Below are positions 29,030 through 39,952 of a DNA stretch of 64,000 nt, piece after piece. The stretch is taken from NCBI GenBank assembly GCA_963843575.1, contig CAWJKZ010000015.1, positions 192,001 to 256,000 of the forward strand, given 5' to 3'. Positions within the stretch are counted from its first letter, which is position 1. Each line of letters opens with the position of its first letter. The stretch is from an uncultured Acidobacteriota bacterium (GTDB lineage: Bacteria; Acidobacteriota; UBA6911). The translations under genes and the position numbers were made by a program. The notes beneath the pieces are model-generated. The model saw nothing but the letters and a program-made list of their open reading frames with translations, ran no database searches and was not told the origin of the DNA.

Positions 29030-29815
29030 ATGACGACCCTGTGCCTCCATTCAAAGCCTGAAATGGAGGCCTTTCTCCGCCACAATACCTACTTGCATCT
29101 TTATGAGATCGGTGACCTGGACGACTTCTTCTGGCCGCGGACCCTATGGTATGGCCTGAAGGACAGAGGCCAGATTACCCAACTCGTCTTACTTTACACT
29201 GGAGCATCTCCTCCCGCCTTGCTTGGTTTCACCGAGGGGCCCATAGAGGAAATGGCAGAGTTGCTGCGATCTATCATCCCTCTTCTCCCCAAACGTTTTC
29301 TTGCTCATCTCAGTCTGAATCTGGCGGCGGTATTTGCAGACGACTACCAAATCCAATCGCACGGCACGTTCCATAAGATGGCGCTGACCCGCCCCTCATG
29401 CCTGGAAGGAGTGGACACGTCTGCAGTCGACTCTATGACGCTGTCCGACATCGATGATCTACAAAGGCTCTACCGCGCAAGCTATCCGGGGAATTGGTTC
29501 GATCCGCGGATGGTCGGGACTGGCTACTTCTATGGCATACACCGCGATACCGAGCTTGTGAGCGTCGCCGGGGTGCATGTATACTCCGCACATTACAGAA
29601 TCGCCGCGTTAGGCAGCGTAACAACACACCCGAACTATTGCAAACAGGGCTTGGCAACTGCAGTTTGTGCCAAACTCACCAAGTCGTTGATGGGGAGTGT
29701 GGAACATATCGGGCTGAACGTGGAAGCCGGCAACGCGAGCGCCATACGTTTGTATGAGAAACTCGGATTTGAAGGTGTCGCTGCGTATGGAGAGTATGCC
29801 TTCGAGTGGAAGTGA
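29030..29815 (+). CDS. GNAT family N-acetyltransferase (FR47-like C-terminal domain)
   Basis: VSVAGVH, LGSVTTHPNYCKQGLA, LNV..GNASAIRLYEKLGF motifs. Confidence 0.9.
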   Translation: MTTLCLHSKPEMEAFLRHNTYLHLYEIGDLDDFFWPRTLWYGLKDRGQITQLVLLYTGASPPALLGFTEGPIEEMAELLRSIIPLLPKRFLAHLSLNLAAVFADDYQIQSHGTFHKMALTRPSCLEGVDTSAVDSMTLSDIDDLQRLYRASYPGNWFDPRMVGTGYFYGIHRDTELVSVAGVHVYSAHYRIAALGSVTTHPNYCKQGLATAVCAKLTKSLMGSVEHIGLNVEAGNASAIRLYEKLGFEGVAAYGEYAFEWK

Positions 29816-29863
29816 ATGACCCGACGGCGGCAATTACGAAATCGATTCAGACCACGGCTGTGA

Positions 29864-30100
29864 CCGTGGTCGGAGGGGAATCTTGGAAACACGGCCTGGC
29901 GGCGAGCCCGGAGCAGCGGCGAGCAGCTGGCGCAAGGACGGATTGAGCTGTTGCTCGCGACCCGAGCCACCACAAGTGCGGCGGTACGCATTTTCCTCGG
30001 GAATGGCGGTGCGCCGGATTTACGAACGGCTAACCGCGCCATGATCCTCGACTGGGCGAAGACAAACGGAGTCGAGCATGAGGAATTGAGCGCCAATTAA
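29864..30100 (+). pseudogene. start-less gene remnant, possibly ankyrin-repeat C-terminus
   Basis: Open frame ...LLLAT....AAVRIFLGNGGAPDLRTANRAMILDWAKTNG...* with no good start or RBS. Confidence 0.3.
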
Positions 30101-30420
30101 AACGGCAAAGAGCATTGGTCGTGCCTGATCGTGGAATCGATTATCGGATGTTTTCTAGCATCCTCAGATCGGTGCCTCCAGTATCAAGCTGCGAATACAG
30201 AAGGGTGCCTCAGGCGAGGCAGAAAGCCCGTACTGGGAATACCTCGGGAGGGGAGCGACAGTCTTCACCTTTCCGGTCGAGACACGGGCGTGCAGGCGGA
30301 GTTGTCACGAGAACTTAAGGCCGCGATCATCTCCTGCGGAGATGGAAGATCGGCATGCGCTCGCCGAACTGAAAGAGTCGCCGGGAGGTTCGGCTACCAT
30401 GATAGTGGTGCAGGGAAATC

Positions 30421-31254
30421 TCACTCCTGACGCCTCGAGGCAATAGCGTAGAGGGTTGCCTTCAGCTCAAAGGGGGTCAGATAGGGGTGCTTGGAGAGAA
30501 CCAGCGACACAATGCCTGAGATGTGCGGTGCGGCGAAGCTGGTGCCGGTAACCGTCTTATAACCGCCGCCCGCCCAGGGCGCACGAATATTGGTGCCGGG
30601 AGCGGCTAACTCGATTCGATTCCCGTAACGATAGGCGAAGGTGAACGAGTCGCCCCCCTGCAAGTTTCCGACCGAGATCAGAGACGAGAAGATGGATGGG
30701 AAACTCGGAGGGGGGACGTTGTTGGCCGCCGCCACGAGAATTGAGCGGCCGAAATAGGCAAGATCCGTCAGCTCATGCAACTGGGAGAAGTACTCCTCCC
30801 TCGTTGTGCCCAAGCTGAGGTTGACCACGTCCATTCTGTTCTCAATGGCCCAACGAAGGCCCAGGAGAAAAGCCTCACCGGTTCCGCCGCAGGACGGGCC
30901 GAGGACTTTGACGCTGAACAGTTCCACGTCAGGCGCGATGCCCTTGATGATGCCGGCACACGCCGTGCCGTGCCCAAAAGCATCGGTAAAACTGCAGGGA
31001 AGCAGTTGGGGCCCCGACGGAGTCATCCACACATCTACGCCCCCCTTCACGCTGCCCGTGATGTCCGGATGGGAGGCGTCGATGCCGCTGTCGACAACCG
31101 CCACTCTGATACCTCTTCCCGTGGAGTCTCCCCAGGCATTCTCAGGAGCCGCGAGTCGGGAAATGGGCCCATCGAGCCTCGAGTACACACTGCCCGAGTT
31201 CGCCGGCTGATGTCCCTGAAACCTCTGATTGCCTGTTGTGCCTCTGAGGGGCAT
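30421..31254 (-). CDS. S8 subtilisin-like serine peptidase, no signal peptide
   Basis: Catalytic triad motifs VAVVDSG, GHGTACAG and GTSFAAPH; NLSLG. Confidence 0.93.
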   Translation of the reverse strand: MPLRGTTGNQRFQGHQPANSGSVYSRLDGPISRLAAPENAWGDSTGRGIRVAVVDSGIDASHPDITGSVKGGVDVWMTPSGPQLLPCSFTDAFGHGTACAGIIKGIAPDVELFSVKVLGPSCGGTGEAFLLGLRWAIENRMDVVNLSLGTTREEYFSQLHELTDLAYFGRSILVAAANNVPPPSFPSIFSSLISVGNLQGGDSFTFAYRYGNRIELAAPGTNIRAPWAGGGYKTVTGTSFAAPHISGIVSLVLSKHPYLTPFELKATLYAIASRRQE

Positions 31255-31266
31255 GGGTTGGGCTTT

Positions 31267-32604
31267 CTACCTTCTCAATGAGCCGCCGAGACTCAGGGGG
31301 CGGAACTCCAATCGCGCGTGAACCGCATTCAGGATGTCGAGGCACAGCTGCGCATCTTGCGGCCTTCGTGTGACAATGCTGACGATCCTGGTCGCAATCT
31401 CTAACGCCATCCTGTACTCGTGTGAGGCGCTAGCCCTTTCGAGACCTGAAGCCATCGCCGCCACCACCTCCCGTGAGCCGGGGACGATATCCGTTGCCCC
31501 CAACCTCTCCTTGGCCGCTGCCAGCAACGACTGCCCTAGCAAGAACATATGGCGCTTCTCCACAGCCGCTCCCACGATCGTGGCGAACTGTGTGAGAAGC
31601 TCCATATCCTGCTCGGAAAAACCCCCTCCACCGACTTTGTTCACAGTCTCCAGGACGCCTAACACGCTGGATCCGGAAACTATCGGCACAGCAAGGATGG
31701 AGTGGGTTGCAAACTGAATGGCCTCGGAAATGGACCGGTTCCACTGTGCGTTTTCCGCCAGATCTTGCACGTTCAGTGGCTGGCCGCTGGCCACCACAAA
31801 GCCAGCGATGCCCTGGCCAATCGCCACTTTGAAGTGTTTTAATTCATCCGCCTTCTCTCCATGAACGGCAGAGAAGACAAGTTGGGTCCCGGTTTCGTCG
31901 AGGAGGAGGATCGATCCGCCCTCCGCCTCGACGGAGACCGTGGCCACGCTGATAATGGTATCCAGAAGTTCCTCTGATTCCGGGGATGGCTTGAGCATTC
32001 CCATGACATCCAGGACTTTGAAACAATCCAGGCCTGTTCCCGCCTTGTCCGCCAGGGAGTCAGATGCCTTTCTCAGATTCTCCAGTTCATTCAGGGTGGA
32101 GCGTAAGACCTCTTCGAGGGCTTGGATGCGATCATGCAGCTCTTGCGAGTCACCGTAGGCCATTTGCGTATTCCTCCATGCCGGTTCCGTCTGACTGCCG
32201 ACGGGTCGAAGCACAGCCTGTTCGAATCGATAATCGACCGCCGGCGACACAGTGACTATGAACGATCGCAGATCATCCACAACGGACAGGCAGTGACCGC
32301 AGGCTGACAGATGATCCACCACGGTTCGCAGGGTTTCACCAGACAGCGTTCCGTCAACGTAGTCCGATATGATCCCAATCCCCGGATGGTTCGCCGGCGC
32401 GTCGGGAGAGCCCGCTTCTGTTGCTGCGTCAAAAACTTCCGATCGAATCGCAAGCCACAGCGCATCCGCGCCGATGGCTCTTTCCACCTGGGCCCGGCAG
32501 ACTTCGCACACGGCGATATGGTCTGAAAGCGGCAGCAATTCCGCCACAGAGGGGCTTTGCCGGCAGTACTTCTCAATTTGAGTTTCTGCAAGATGCTCGG
32601 ACAA
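31267..32604 (-). CDS. fusion of two zf-HC2-like anti-sigma motifs, a coiled coil and a GAF domain
   Basis: HIAVCEVC and HLSACGHC; GAF motifs GQGIAGFV..SGQP, SILAVP, GVLETVNK..F...D..LL; internal GGAGG plus ATG at 32163. Confidence 0.8.
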   Translation of the reverse strand: MSEHLAETQIEKYCRQSPSVAELLPLSDHIAVCEVCRAQVERAIGADALWLAIRSEVFDAATEAGSPDAPANHPGIGIISDYVDGTLSGETLRTVVDHLSACGHCLSVVDDLRSFIVTVSPAVDYRFEQAVLRPVGSQTEPAWRNTQMAYGDSQELHDRIQALEEVLRSTLNELENLRKASDSLADKAGTGLDCFKVLDVMGMLKPSPESEELLDTIISVATVSVEAEGGSILLLDETGTQLVFSAVHGEKADELKHFKVAIGQGIAGFVVASGQPLNVQDLAENAQWNRSISEAIQFATHSILAVPIVSGSSVLGVLETVNKVGGGGFSEQDMELLTQFATIVGAAVEKRHMFLLGQSLLAAAKERLGATDIVPGSREVVAAMASGLERASASHEYRMALEIATRIVSIVTRRPQDAQLCLDILNAVHARLEFRPLSLGGSLRR

Positions 32605-32729
32605 GCGGCTCTTGACTCACGAATCGCAACCCAGGATGTTCGGCAGGAACCTGATGATAGCAAGCGGCTATCACCAAGTCCTTACGTTTCCTTAAGTTGC
32701 TGAACCTCCGTAGTTATTACCACGTCACC

Positions 32730-33803
32730 TCACAGAAAGCCCTTCAATCGCCGCGTCAGCCGTTCGCGCGCCGATTTGCGGGCATTGATCACGTGTTGCC
32801 GCCTCACATTCAGCAGCTCAGCGATGCGCGAATCCGGAAGCGGCAATTCATTCCACAGCTCGGCGAGCCGTTCGGCACTGATGTCCAGCGTTTCCGCCAG
32901 TTGTCGGATACTAGCCACCCCGGTAGCCGGAAAAAGAGCAATGCAACCGCCCCCGTCCGCATCTTTGAGGTTAAGTAGCAAAGCCGTACGCTGGTTGAGC
33001 GGAAGCCGCCTTACTTCCTCCCACAACCGCTGCAGAAAGACTCGCTTCTCGAGCTGCCACGAGGGATCCGGCTGCGGATAAGCCGCAAAAGTCATGGCAT
33101 CTTCGCCTTGGTCGATAGGTTCCGTCCGCCGCTCGCGTACCGGCAATAATGCCGCAACCAAGCTGACCAGTTTGTCGAATTCAAGCGGGCAGCCGAGGCG
33201 ATTGAAAATTGCAGCCACAGCGGGGCCGATTCTTGTCTGGGTTCCGCCGCTCGCGCAGATTTCGGTAAGCAGCTTCTCGTCCCCAGACACCTGCCTGAAG
33301 CACTCTTCGCTTGCGGCTTGATTCTGCCCTTGCCAGGCTGCGAATCCGGCAATCAGCTTTCTGCGTGCGCTCTGCCACAGCGCGAACCCTTTCTGGCGCG
33401 TCAACAGGTAGTGGAGCCGGTTGGCCAGTGCGTGCCGTTCAGGAAACCGGCGCCGCATCCAGCGGGAGCATGCGCGATATGTGATGACCGCGGCCAGTCC
33501 CCGAAAATCGCCGATCGGGTGGGCATCGGGTCGGTAACCGAATTTCTGCAACTCGGCCAGCAATTGCAGTACGGCTTCCTGGCACAAATCATCGGCATCT
33601 GCCTGTCCCGACGCATCATGATAGGAAAGGTGGAGTTTGTATCGGATGATACCTTTTATTACCGGCTCGGCATGCGCGGCAATCAACCGCGAGAGAACAC
33701 TACGGGCTTCATCATGGCTGATCGGCGGCAGAAGTGATTCCAGTAAAGGATCGATGCGCGCCGACAGGCCCGGCAAAGAACTTGCGTTTTTGATGCTGCT
33801 CAA
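32730..33803 (-). CDS. sigma-70/ECF-like RNA polymerase sigma factor with a large central insertion
   Basis: Region-2-like DADDLCQEAVLQLL; region-4-like LWEEVRRLPLNQRTALLL...IAELL.....VINARKSARERL; lies upstream of the zf-HC2 gene. Confidence 0.7.
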   Translation of the reverse strand: MSSIKNASSLPGLSARIDPLLESLLPPISHDEARSVLSRLIAAHAEPVIKGIIRYKLHLSYHDASGQADADDLCQEAVLQLLAELQKFGYRPDAHPIGDFRGLAAVITYRACSRWMRRRFPERHALANRLHYLLTRQKGFALWQSARRKLIAGFAAWQGQNQAASEECFRQVSGDEKLLTEICASGGTQTRIGPAVAAIFNRLGCPLEFDKLVSLVAALLPVRERRTEPIDQGEDAMTFAAYPQPDPSWQLEKRVFLQRLWEEVRRLPLNQRTALLLNLKDADGGGCIALFPATGVASIRQLAETLDISAERLAELWNELPLPDSRIAELLNVRRQHVINARKSARERLTRRLKGFL

Positions 33804-34124
33804 CCCTTCAGGATGTCTGTTGGATAATCAGGGGGTCAATGTGTTCGAAGTTTTACTCAGAAGGGCATCGAAGTCAAATCCTATTCGCATTTCTTGACAG
33901 CGATTCTGACGCACCAGCAACGTGCAGGTCTCCAAGCTCGCGTGCGGCTGGGTAAATAGTGACCTCCGGAGGGAGGGCTCGTGATATTGAATTCGCGGGT
34001 TGGGCGAAGCGGATCTGCGCGGACTTGGACGGCACCGCGTGAATCCGCGCCCAATATTTGAAGCCTGTTGCTCTCTGCGCTTCGGAAACCGGCTTCGACC
34101 CTTGCCGACGCGGATGTGAGCGAT

Positions 34125-34661
34125 CTATGCTCCCCACGGGCGCCGCAGCATCTCCTCAAAACGCGTTCCGGCGATGGAGATGTTGCTCAGCAGGTGCGGC
34201 GCCAGCTCATCGGGGTCCTCCGTTAGAGATTGCTCCCGCTGCACCGGCTCAACGCCGAGGCTTCCGAGGGTGGTCCGCAGGCGGTCCGCCAGAAACACCG
34301 CAAGCGACTGATAGAAGCGTGCGGCAAAACCCACATCATCCTGCAGTTTCTCCAGCAGCACGCCCCTAGGAATCGCCCCGACCCACGATTGCAGTTCGGC
34401 GCGCACGCTGGCGGTCGGCGGGCGGGAATCGACGAAGGAGACTTCTCCGATGACGTCGCCGGCTTTCAAAACAGCCAGTCTCGGTGCGGTCGTTGTATAG
34501 ACAACGAACGCGCCGTCCAAAACGAAGTAAAGCCAATCTGTCGGTTTTCCCTGCTGGATCAGCACCGTTCCTGCCGGCACTGCAATCCTGCTGCCGTTGC
34601 GGATCATCCAATCAATGTCGGGATCGTTCAGGATGCCGAGAAAATAGAGTGCCTTTCTCAT
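34125..34661 (-). CDS. cyclic nucleotide-binding protein of the bacteriocin (NHLM) transport-accessory type
   Basis: LGILNDPDIDWM, LIQQG...LYFVLDG, GEVSFVD.RPPTASV, FAARFY motifs; directly after the NHLM ABC pair. Confidence 0.85.
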   Translation of the reverse strand: MRKALYFLGILNDPDIDWMIRNGSRIAVPAGTVLIQQGKPTDWLYFVLDGAFVVYTTTAPRLAVLKAGDVIGEVSFVDSRPPTASVRAELQSWVGAIPRGVLLEKLQDDVGFAARFYQSLAVFLADRLRTTLGSLGVEPVQREQSLTEDPDELAPHLLSNISIAGTRFEEMLRRPWGA

Positions 34662-34706
34662 CGCCCCCCCACGTCGTGGCCAAAATCCTTCCGAGTACCT
34701 GAATTC

Positions 34707-37601
34707 CTACGCGATTTGGCGATGGGCCAGATCGAAGAAGGCTCCCGGCTTGTTGAGCAGCTCGCGATAGGTCCCTTCCTGAACGACCGCACCCCTCTCG
34801 ATCACATAGATGTAGTCGGCGCTGGCGACCGTGCTCAGCCGGTGCGCAATGACGATCCGCGTGGCCTGCAGTCTGGCGAGACTGCGGATGACAATCGCCT
34901 GAGTCTCGATATCCAGCGCGCTCGTCGCCTCGTCAAACAGGATAATGCGCGGTTTCCTGACGATCGCGCGCGCGATCATGAGCCGCTGCCGCTGTCCTCC
35001 CGAAAGCCCGCCGCCACCTTCGGCGATCACCGTATGCATCCCCATCGGCATGGCCTTGAGGTCCCTCTCGAGCCCCGCCGCCACTGCCGCCTGCCACGCA
35101 TCCTCTGTGGTGAGCGCGGACGATCCCACGATGTTCTGGTAGATGGATCCGGTCAGTAAACGGCCCGTCTGCAGCACTACCCCGATCTGCCGCCGCACGG
35201 CCTGTACGTCGAGATGCGCGAGGTCCTGGTTGTCAAAATAGATGGAACCGGATTCAGGAGTCTCAAAACCCAGCAACATCCGCAGCAAGGTCGATTTGCC
35301 GCTCCCCGAGGGCCCGACGATGGCGATAAACTGCTCCGGCGCGACATTGATTGAAACGTCCCGGAGCACCGGCGCGGCATCGGCCCGGTATCGGAAATTC
35401 ACATGTTTCACCTCGACCCTTCCCGACAGCTCGCCCGGATAGCTCTTGGTCCGATCCACTTCGGGCAGTGCTTCAAGAATGGGGCGACATCGTTCGTAAA
35501 GCGGGATCACGGCCAAAGCCGAAATAAGCGCAGAACACAGACTGAGCGCCGAACCTTGGAACTGCATGAAGGCGGCATTGAAGGCGAGAAAACCGCCGGT
35601 CGAGAATCCGCTGCCCGCGGGGGAATCCAGGAGGCGGCCTGCGGCATAAAAAATAACGACGGAGCTCAAGACGGGGAATGCCGAAATGAATACGACAAGC
35701 ATGGCACTCGTCTTGCGAGCTCGAAGCGCAGCCGTTTTCTCCTGCGCAAATTCCTTGGCCCAGGCCGCAAATGCCCGAGCCTCGGCACCCGACACGCGTA
35801 ATTTAGCGATTCCCTGGATGATCTGTAGCAACACGCCGGAAAGGTGCCCGCTGATTCTCGTCGCTTCCCGCTGGTGTTGGAGATTCTGAAAGCCGATCAC
35901 AAACGCACCGAGAAAGATGACAAGAGCCAAACCGGTCGCGAGCAGGGCCAGGCTCGGGCTGTAGTAGAAGAGCACGGCGAACGTAAAGACGGAGAAAACT
36001 CCCGAAAAGAGCGTCGACAACAGCGACCCGGTCAGGACCTGTCGAATCGAACTCACGGTCAGACCGCGCATCGCCAGGTCGCCGGCGGCGTAGTTGCGGA
36101 AGAATGGCACATGCAGGCTCAGCAGGCGGTCCCAGACCGCGGATTGGGTCGAGGAATCCATCTTGGCTTCCAGCCTCAGCATGGCGAAGTTCTGGACCAC
36201 CTGGAAAAGCGCGATGGATGCGGACACGACCAGTAGCACCAGAACAATCTCGAGCAGCAGGCTTCGGTCGGCACCCGGAATCACGGAATCGAAAACAATC
36301 CCGGTCATCACCGGCGCAACCAGGGCGAGAAGACCCGTCGCCATGGCCGTTATGAGCAGAGTGGTCAATTCGCCCCGGCAACCGTGGAAACTGAACCGGA
36401 TCAGATCGAGTGCGTTCAGCTTTTTGAGCGGAAACGGGCGATAAAAGCTGTAACCTAAGGGCTGGAGCGAGGCCGCAAACTTCTGGCTGACGCGGGTTCG
36501 TGTTCCGCTCGGGGCATCGAACGCGTCGTATTTTCCCGGCGTCACGGGCAGGAGTGCTATCGGGGTGTGATCTCGCTCGCTTACCGCCAGCAACGGACCG
36601 TTGTCCCGTTTCCACCATTTTCCCTTCAGGGCGACGATGCGCATCCGGACACCGGAGGCGCGGGCAATCGCCCCCACCGGATCCATCTGCACACCCCGCC
36701 GCCGGTCCGGGGCCGGCTTGAAGTCGATTCCGAGCGGTTTGCCCAATGCAGCGCAGGCGAGGAACCAGGGATCCGTCTCCTCGGCAGCATGGGGCGCTTC
36801 TTCCGGGCCCTCGAGGGGGGAGGCCAGCACCCGTATCGCCAGATCCAGGCGTGTCTGTTCGGTCTGCTTCCGCCGCTGCAGACGCGCACGCTCTCTGTCC
36901 TCGGACGCCTTCAGGCTCTCGATCAGGCAGTGCAGTGCCGTCGCATGGAACCGTTGCAGTCCCGTCCAGAGCGGATCGAGTGCAAGGAACTCGACGGTGC
37001 CGATTATCATCAGCTTGGAGCCTTTGGATACGTCCAACCACGCGTTGACGGAAACCGGGAAGAAACCTTCGCTTTCAGCGAGGCTCCAATCGCCCAGGAA
37101 ACTCGAGGTGCCCTCCAGTCGCCTGACCCAGACGACGCCCTGGCTCGGCAGCACAGACTGAGGGTGATTGAACACCGGGGTAGTGTCCGGTTGCAGAAAC
37201 TCGAAACTCTTTGCCTTTCTGTTCTGCGCGATGGCACGGGAGAGGGCGCTAATCCAATCCTCGAGCAGTTGTGCGGCACGCGGGATGTCGGACAGATCCT
37301 GCGTGCGCGATAGCTCGAGCACCTGGCCCCCCGGGCTGGGCATGGCAAGCAGTTTCTGCGACACCGAATCCGGATGCTGCATGCCAAACAGTGCCTGGCC
37401 TTTACCAAGGCGAAGCACGTGCGTGCGCGCTCCGACCGCCTCGCCATCGCGGCTCTCTACCAGGAACAAGTCGAGCGTACCCGTCTGGACGAAGAGAACT
37501 CGGTCGACATCATCGATAAAGAAAGGAGTTCTCGGACCCGCGTCGGCGAGAAATCCCGCGGATGACTGATCCTGATGAGGCCCACTGGTCTGCATATCCA
37601 T
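34707..37601 (-). CDS. NHLM/NHLP bacteriocin ABC transporter permease/ATPase (no peptidase)
   Basis: N-terminal extension, IARASGVRMR.V.L.GKWW..DNGPLL, TM domain, [25 protein letters not shown]. Confidence 0.92.
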   Translation of the reverse strand: MDMQTSGPHQDQSSAGFLADAGPRTPFFIDDVDRVLFVQTGTLDLFLVESRDGEAVGARTHVLRLGKGQALFGMQHPDSVSQKLLAMPSPGGQVLELSRTQDLSDIPRAAQLLEDWISALSRAIAQNRKAKSFEFLQPDTTPVFNHPQSVLPSQGVVWVRRLEGTSSFLGDWSLAESEGFFPVSVNAWLDVSKGSKLMIIGTVEFLALDPLWTGLQRFHATALHCLIESLKASEDRERARLQRRKQTEQTRLDLAIRVLASPLEGPEEAPHAAEETDPWFLACAALGKPLGIDFKPAPDRRRGVQMDPVGAIARASGVRMRIVALKGKWWKRDNGPLLAVSERDHTPIALLPVTPGKYDAFDAPSGTRTRVSQKFAASLQPLGYSFYRPFPLKKLNALDLIRFSFHGCRGELTTLLITAMATGLLALVAPVMTGIVFDSVIPGADRSLLLEIVLVLLVVSASIALFQVVQNFAMLRLEAKMDSSTQSAVWDRLLSLHVPFFRNYAAGDLAMRGLTVSSIRQVLTGSLLSTLFSGVFSVFTFAVLFYYSPSLALLATGLALVIFLGAFVIGFQNLQHQREATRISGHLSGVLLQIIQGIAKLRVSGAEARAFAAWAKEFAQEKTAALRARKTSAMLVVFISAFPVLSSVVIFYAAGRLLDSPAGSGFSTGGFLAFNAAFMQFQGSALSLCSALISALAVIPLYERCRPILEALPEVDRTKSYPGELSGRVEVKHVNFRYRADAAPVLRDVSINVAPEQFIAIVGPSGSGKSTLLRMLLGFETPESGSIYFDNQDLAHLDVQAVRRQIGVVLQTGRLLTGSIYQNIVGSSALTTEDAWQAAVAAGLERDLKAMPMGMHTVIAEGGGGLSGGQRQRLMIARAIVRKPRIILFDEATSALDIETQAIVIRSLARLQATRIVIAHRLSTVASADYIYVIERGAVVQEGTYRELLNKPGAFFDLAHRQIA

Positions 37602-37643
37602 AGTGTTTTTGAGAAATCCGTGTGTGGAAACGAACGCGAAACT

Positions 37644-39800
37644 TCAGTTAGCTCCCATGAGTCTGGCGTAAGTGCCGCGTTTCCTGATCAAATCCCGATG
37701 GGTGCCGCGCTCGACGATTTTTCCGGCGTCGAGGACGAGGATTTCATCACAGTCACGGATCGTACTGAGCCGGTGGGCGACAATCAGGCAAGTGCAACCG
37801 CGCCGCCGGATCGCGTCGTCGACGCGCTTTTCGGTAATCGGATCCAGCGCGCTCGTCGCCTCATCGAGCACCAGAAGCCGCGGATTGCCCGCGAGAGCCC
37901 GGGCGATCTCGAGCCGCTGCCGTTGTCCTCCGCTGAAATTCCTGCCCTGCTCTTCTATCCGGTAATCGTAACCGCCCGGCCGGTCGGCAATATCGTCATG
38001 GATGCAGGCGTCCTGGGCGGCCTGAATGACCGTCGGTTCCTCCAGTGTGTCGTCCCAGAGCGTCAGATTGCTTCGGATCGCCCCCTCGAACAACGCCGGG
38101 TCCTGATCTACCACTCCGATCGAGTTATTCATCACCTCGCGGGGAAGTTCGTCGCGCTTCTTGCCATCAAAAAGAATCTCGCCACTCCACGGCTCATAAA
38201 GCCCGGAGACAAGCTTGGCCACCGTTGATTTTCCGCTCCCGGACGCTCCGACGACGGCTACCCTTTGCCCGGGCTTGAGCTTCAGGTTGAAATCCGAAAT
38301 CAAGGGTGGCTCGAGCCGGCTGTAGCCGAACGCGACCTGCCGCATGTCCAGAGAGCCCTCGAGCTTCTGTGCCGGATCTCCGCTGACTTGAGTGTTGAGC
38401 AGCCTCTGTTCCGGATAGCGGAGCACGTCGTCGAGGCGGTTCATATCCCCGTGTGCTTCCTGGAGTTTCCCTCCCAATTGAACCAACCCGTTGACGGGTT
38501 CGGTGAAGCTGGCTGCCAGCGTCTGAAAAGCGATCAACATCCCGATCGTCAGCACACCATCAATCACCCGGATCCCCCCCAACCCGATTATGGTCACAGC
38601 GTAGAACGACATCAACAGCGGAGAACCCGCGGAGAGAAACTGTGCCGACACGGCGAGCTCCTGCTCGGCTCCGACGAGCTTAGCCTGGTGACCTGCCCAG
38701 TTGGCGAAAAACTCCGATTCGGTTCCCGTGGCCTTCAGGCTCTCAATCCCTGTCAACCCATCCATCGAGGCCGCCATCAGTTTGCCTCGCCCCTGCAGCA
38801 GCTTCCGGTTGGAGTCCCGCCGTTTTTTCGCGATGAACTGCAGGAACAGGAGGTTGGCCACGGCGATGGCGATGGCCACCAGCGTAAGCACAGTGTCGTA
38901 CTGGAACATAAGTGCAGCAAAGAAACCGATCATCACGAGATTGACCAGGTTGGTCGCCAGACCGCCGGACAGCAAGGCCGCCACGGTATCGTTCAGCTCG
39001 ACTCGTGATGCGATCTCGCCGCTGTAGCGCTGGGCAAAGAATTCGATCGGCAACCGCAATACGTGCCACAGGAATCGACTCGAGGGCCCGAGCGCGAGCT
39101 TCATTTCCAGGCGTAGCAGCCCCTGCTGTTGCAGGTAGGTGAGTCCCGCCCGGAGCACTGCGGCAACACTCATGGCCAGCAGCAACGGCTGCAGCCACGC
39201 GCGCGCCCCACCCACCATGATGTTGTCGACAAAGATCTTGAAAAAGACCGGGATCACGATTCCCGGCACGACCAATGCCAGTGTGGCCAAAACGACGTAG
39301 GCTAGGGCGAGCCGGCTGCCTGGAAGGCGCGCGGCGAGGGCCTTGAGAATGCTGGGGCGCGCCCCTCCCTTCCTGAACGCGGGGGTTAGCTGGAAGGCCA
39401 TGACAAAGCCGGTAAACGACTCGTCGAATTCCGCATCGGAAACCGCACGCGGCCCTTCGGCGGGATCGTTAAGGTACACTTTGCCGCGCTTGAAACCCTC
39501 CACCACCAGAAAGTGGTTGAAGTTCCAGAAAACGATCATGGGCAAAGGCATGTCGCGGAGTTGCGCCGGCTCCTTCGTGTATCCGTTGCCCGCTAGTCCA
39601 TAGGACTGGGCAGCCTGAAGCATGTTGAGGGCTTTGCTCCCGTCCCTGGAAACGCCGCAGGCCACGCGCAGTTCTTCGAGAGGCACGTGCCGGCCGTAGT
39701 AGCCGAGGACCATTCCCAGAGATGCCGCACCACACTCCGTTGCTTCCATCTGAATAGTGGTAGGGGTCCTGACACGCCGGCGCCGGAAAATCTTGTACAT
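37644..39800 (-). CDS. NHLM/NHLP bacteriocin ABC transporter with C39 peptidase domain
   Basis: [17 protein letters not shown] (catalytic Cys), WNFNHFLVV (His), NDP; GASGSGKST; FSGGQRQR. Confidence 0.95.
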   Translation of the reverse strand: MYKIFRRRRVRTPTTIQMEATECGAASLGMVLGYYGRHVPLEELRVACGVSRDGSKALNMLQAAQSYGLAGNGYTKEPAQLRDMPLPMIVFWNFNHFLVVEGFKRGKVYLNDPAEGPRAVSDAEFDESFTGFVMAFQLTPAFRKGGARPSILKALAARLPGSRLALAYVVLATLALVVPGIVIPVFFKIFVDNIMVGGARAWLQPLLLAMSVAAVLRAGLTYLQQQGLLRLEMKLALGPSSRFLWHVLRLPIEFFAQRYSGEIASRVELNDTVAALLSGGLATNLVNLVMIGFFAALMFQYDTVLTLVAIAIAVANLLFLQFIAKKRRDSNRKLLQGRGKLMAASMDGLTGIESLKATGTESEFFANWAGHQAKLVGAEQELAVSAQFLSAGSPLLMSFYAVTIIGLGGIRVIDGVLTIGMLIAFQTLAASFTEPVNGLVQLGGKLQEAHGDMNRLDDVLRYPEQRLLNTQVSGDPAQKLEGSLDMRQVAFGYSRLEPPLISDFNLKLKPGQRVAVVGASGSGKSTVAKLVSGLYEPWSGEILFDGKKRDELPREVMNNSIGVVDQDPALFEGAIRSNLTLWDDTLEEPTVIQAAQDACIHDDIADRPGGYDYRIEEQGRNFSGGQRQRLEIARALAGNPRLLVLDEATSALDPITEKRVDDAIRRRGCTCLIVAHRLSTIRDCDEILVLDAGKIVERGTHRDLIRKRGTYARLMGAN

Positions 39801-39952
39801 ATTCAATGCTCTCTAAGGGAAGCGGACACGGGACAGCCACGGAATTCGCTCTTGCGAATGAGCCAAAGCTGGAAGTGTCCGAGCGAATACGATGGCTGTC
39901 CCCAAATCGCACCCACGGACAAACACTGACGTACACGGATCAACCGCGCCGA

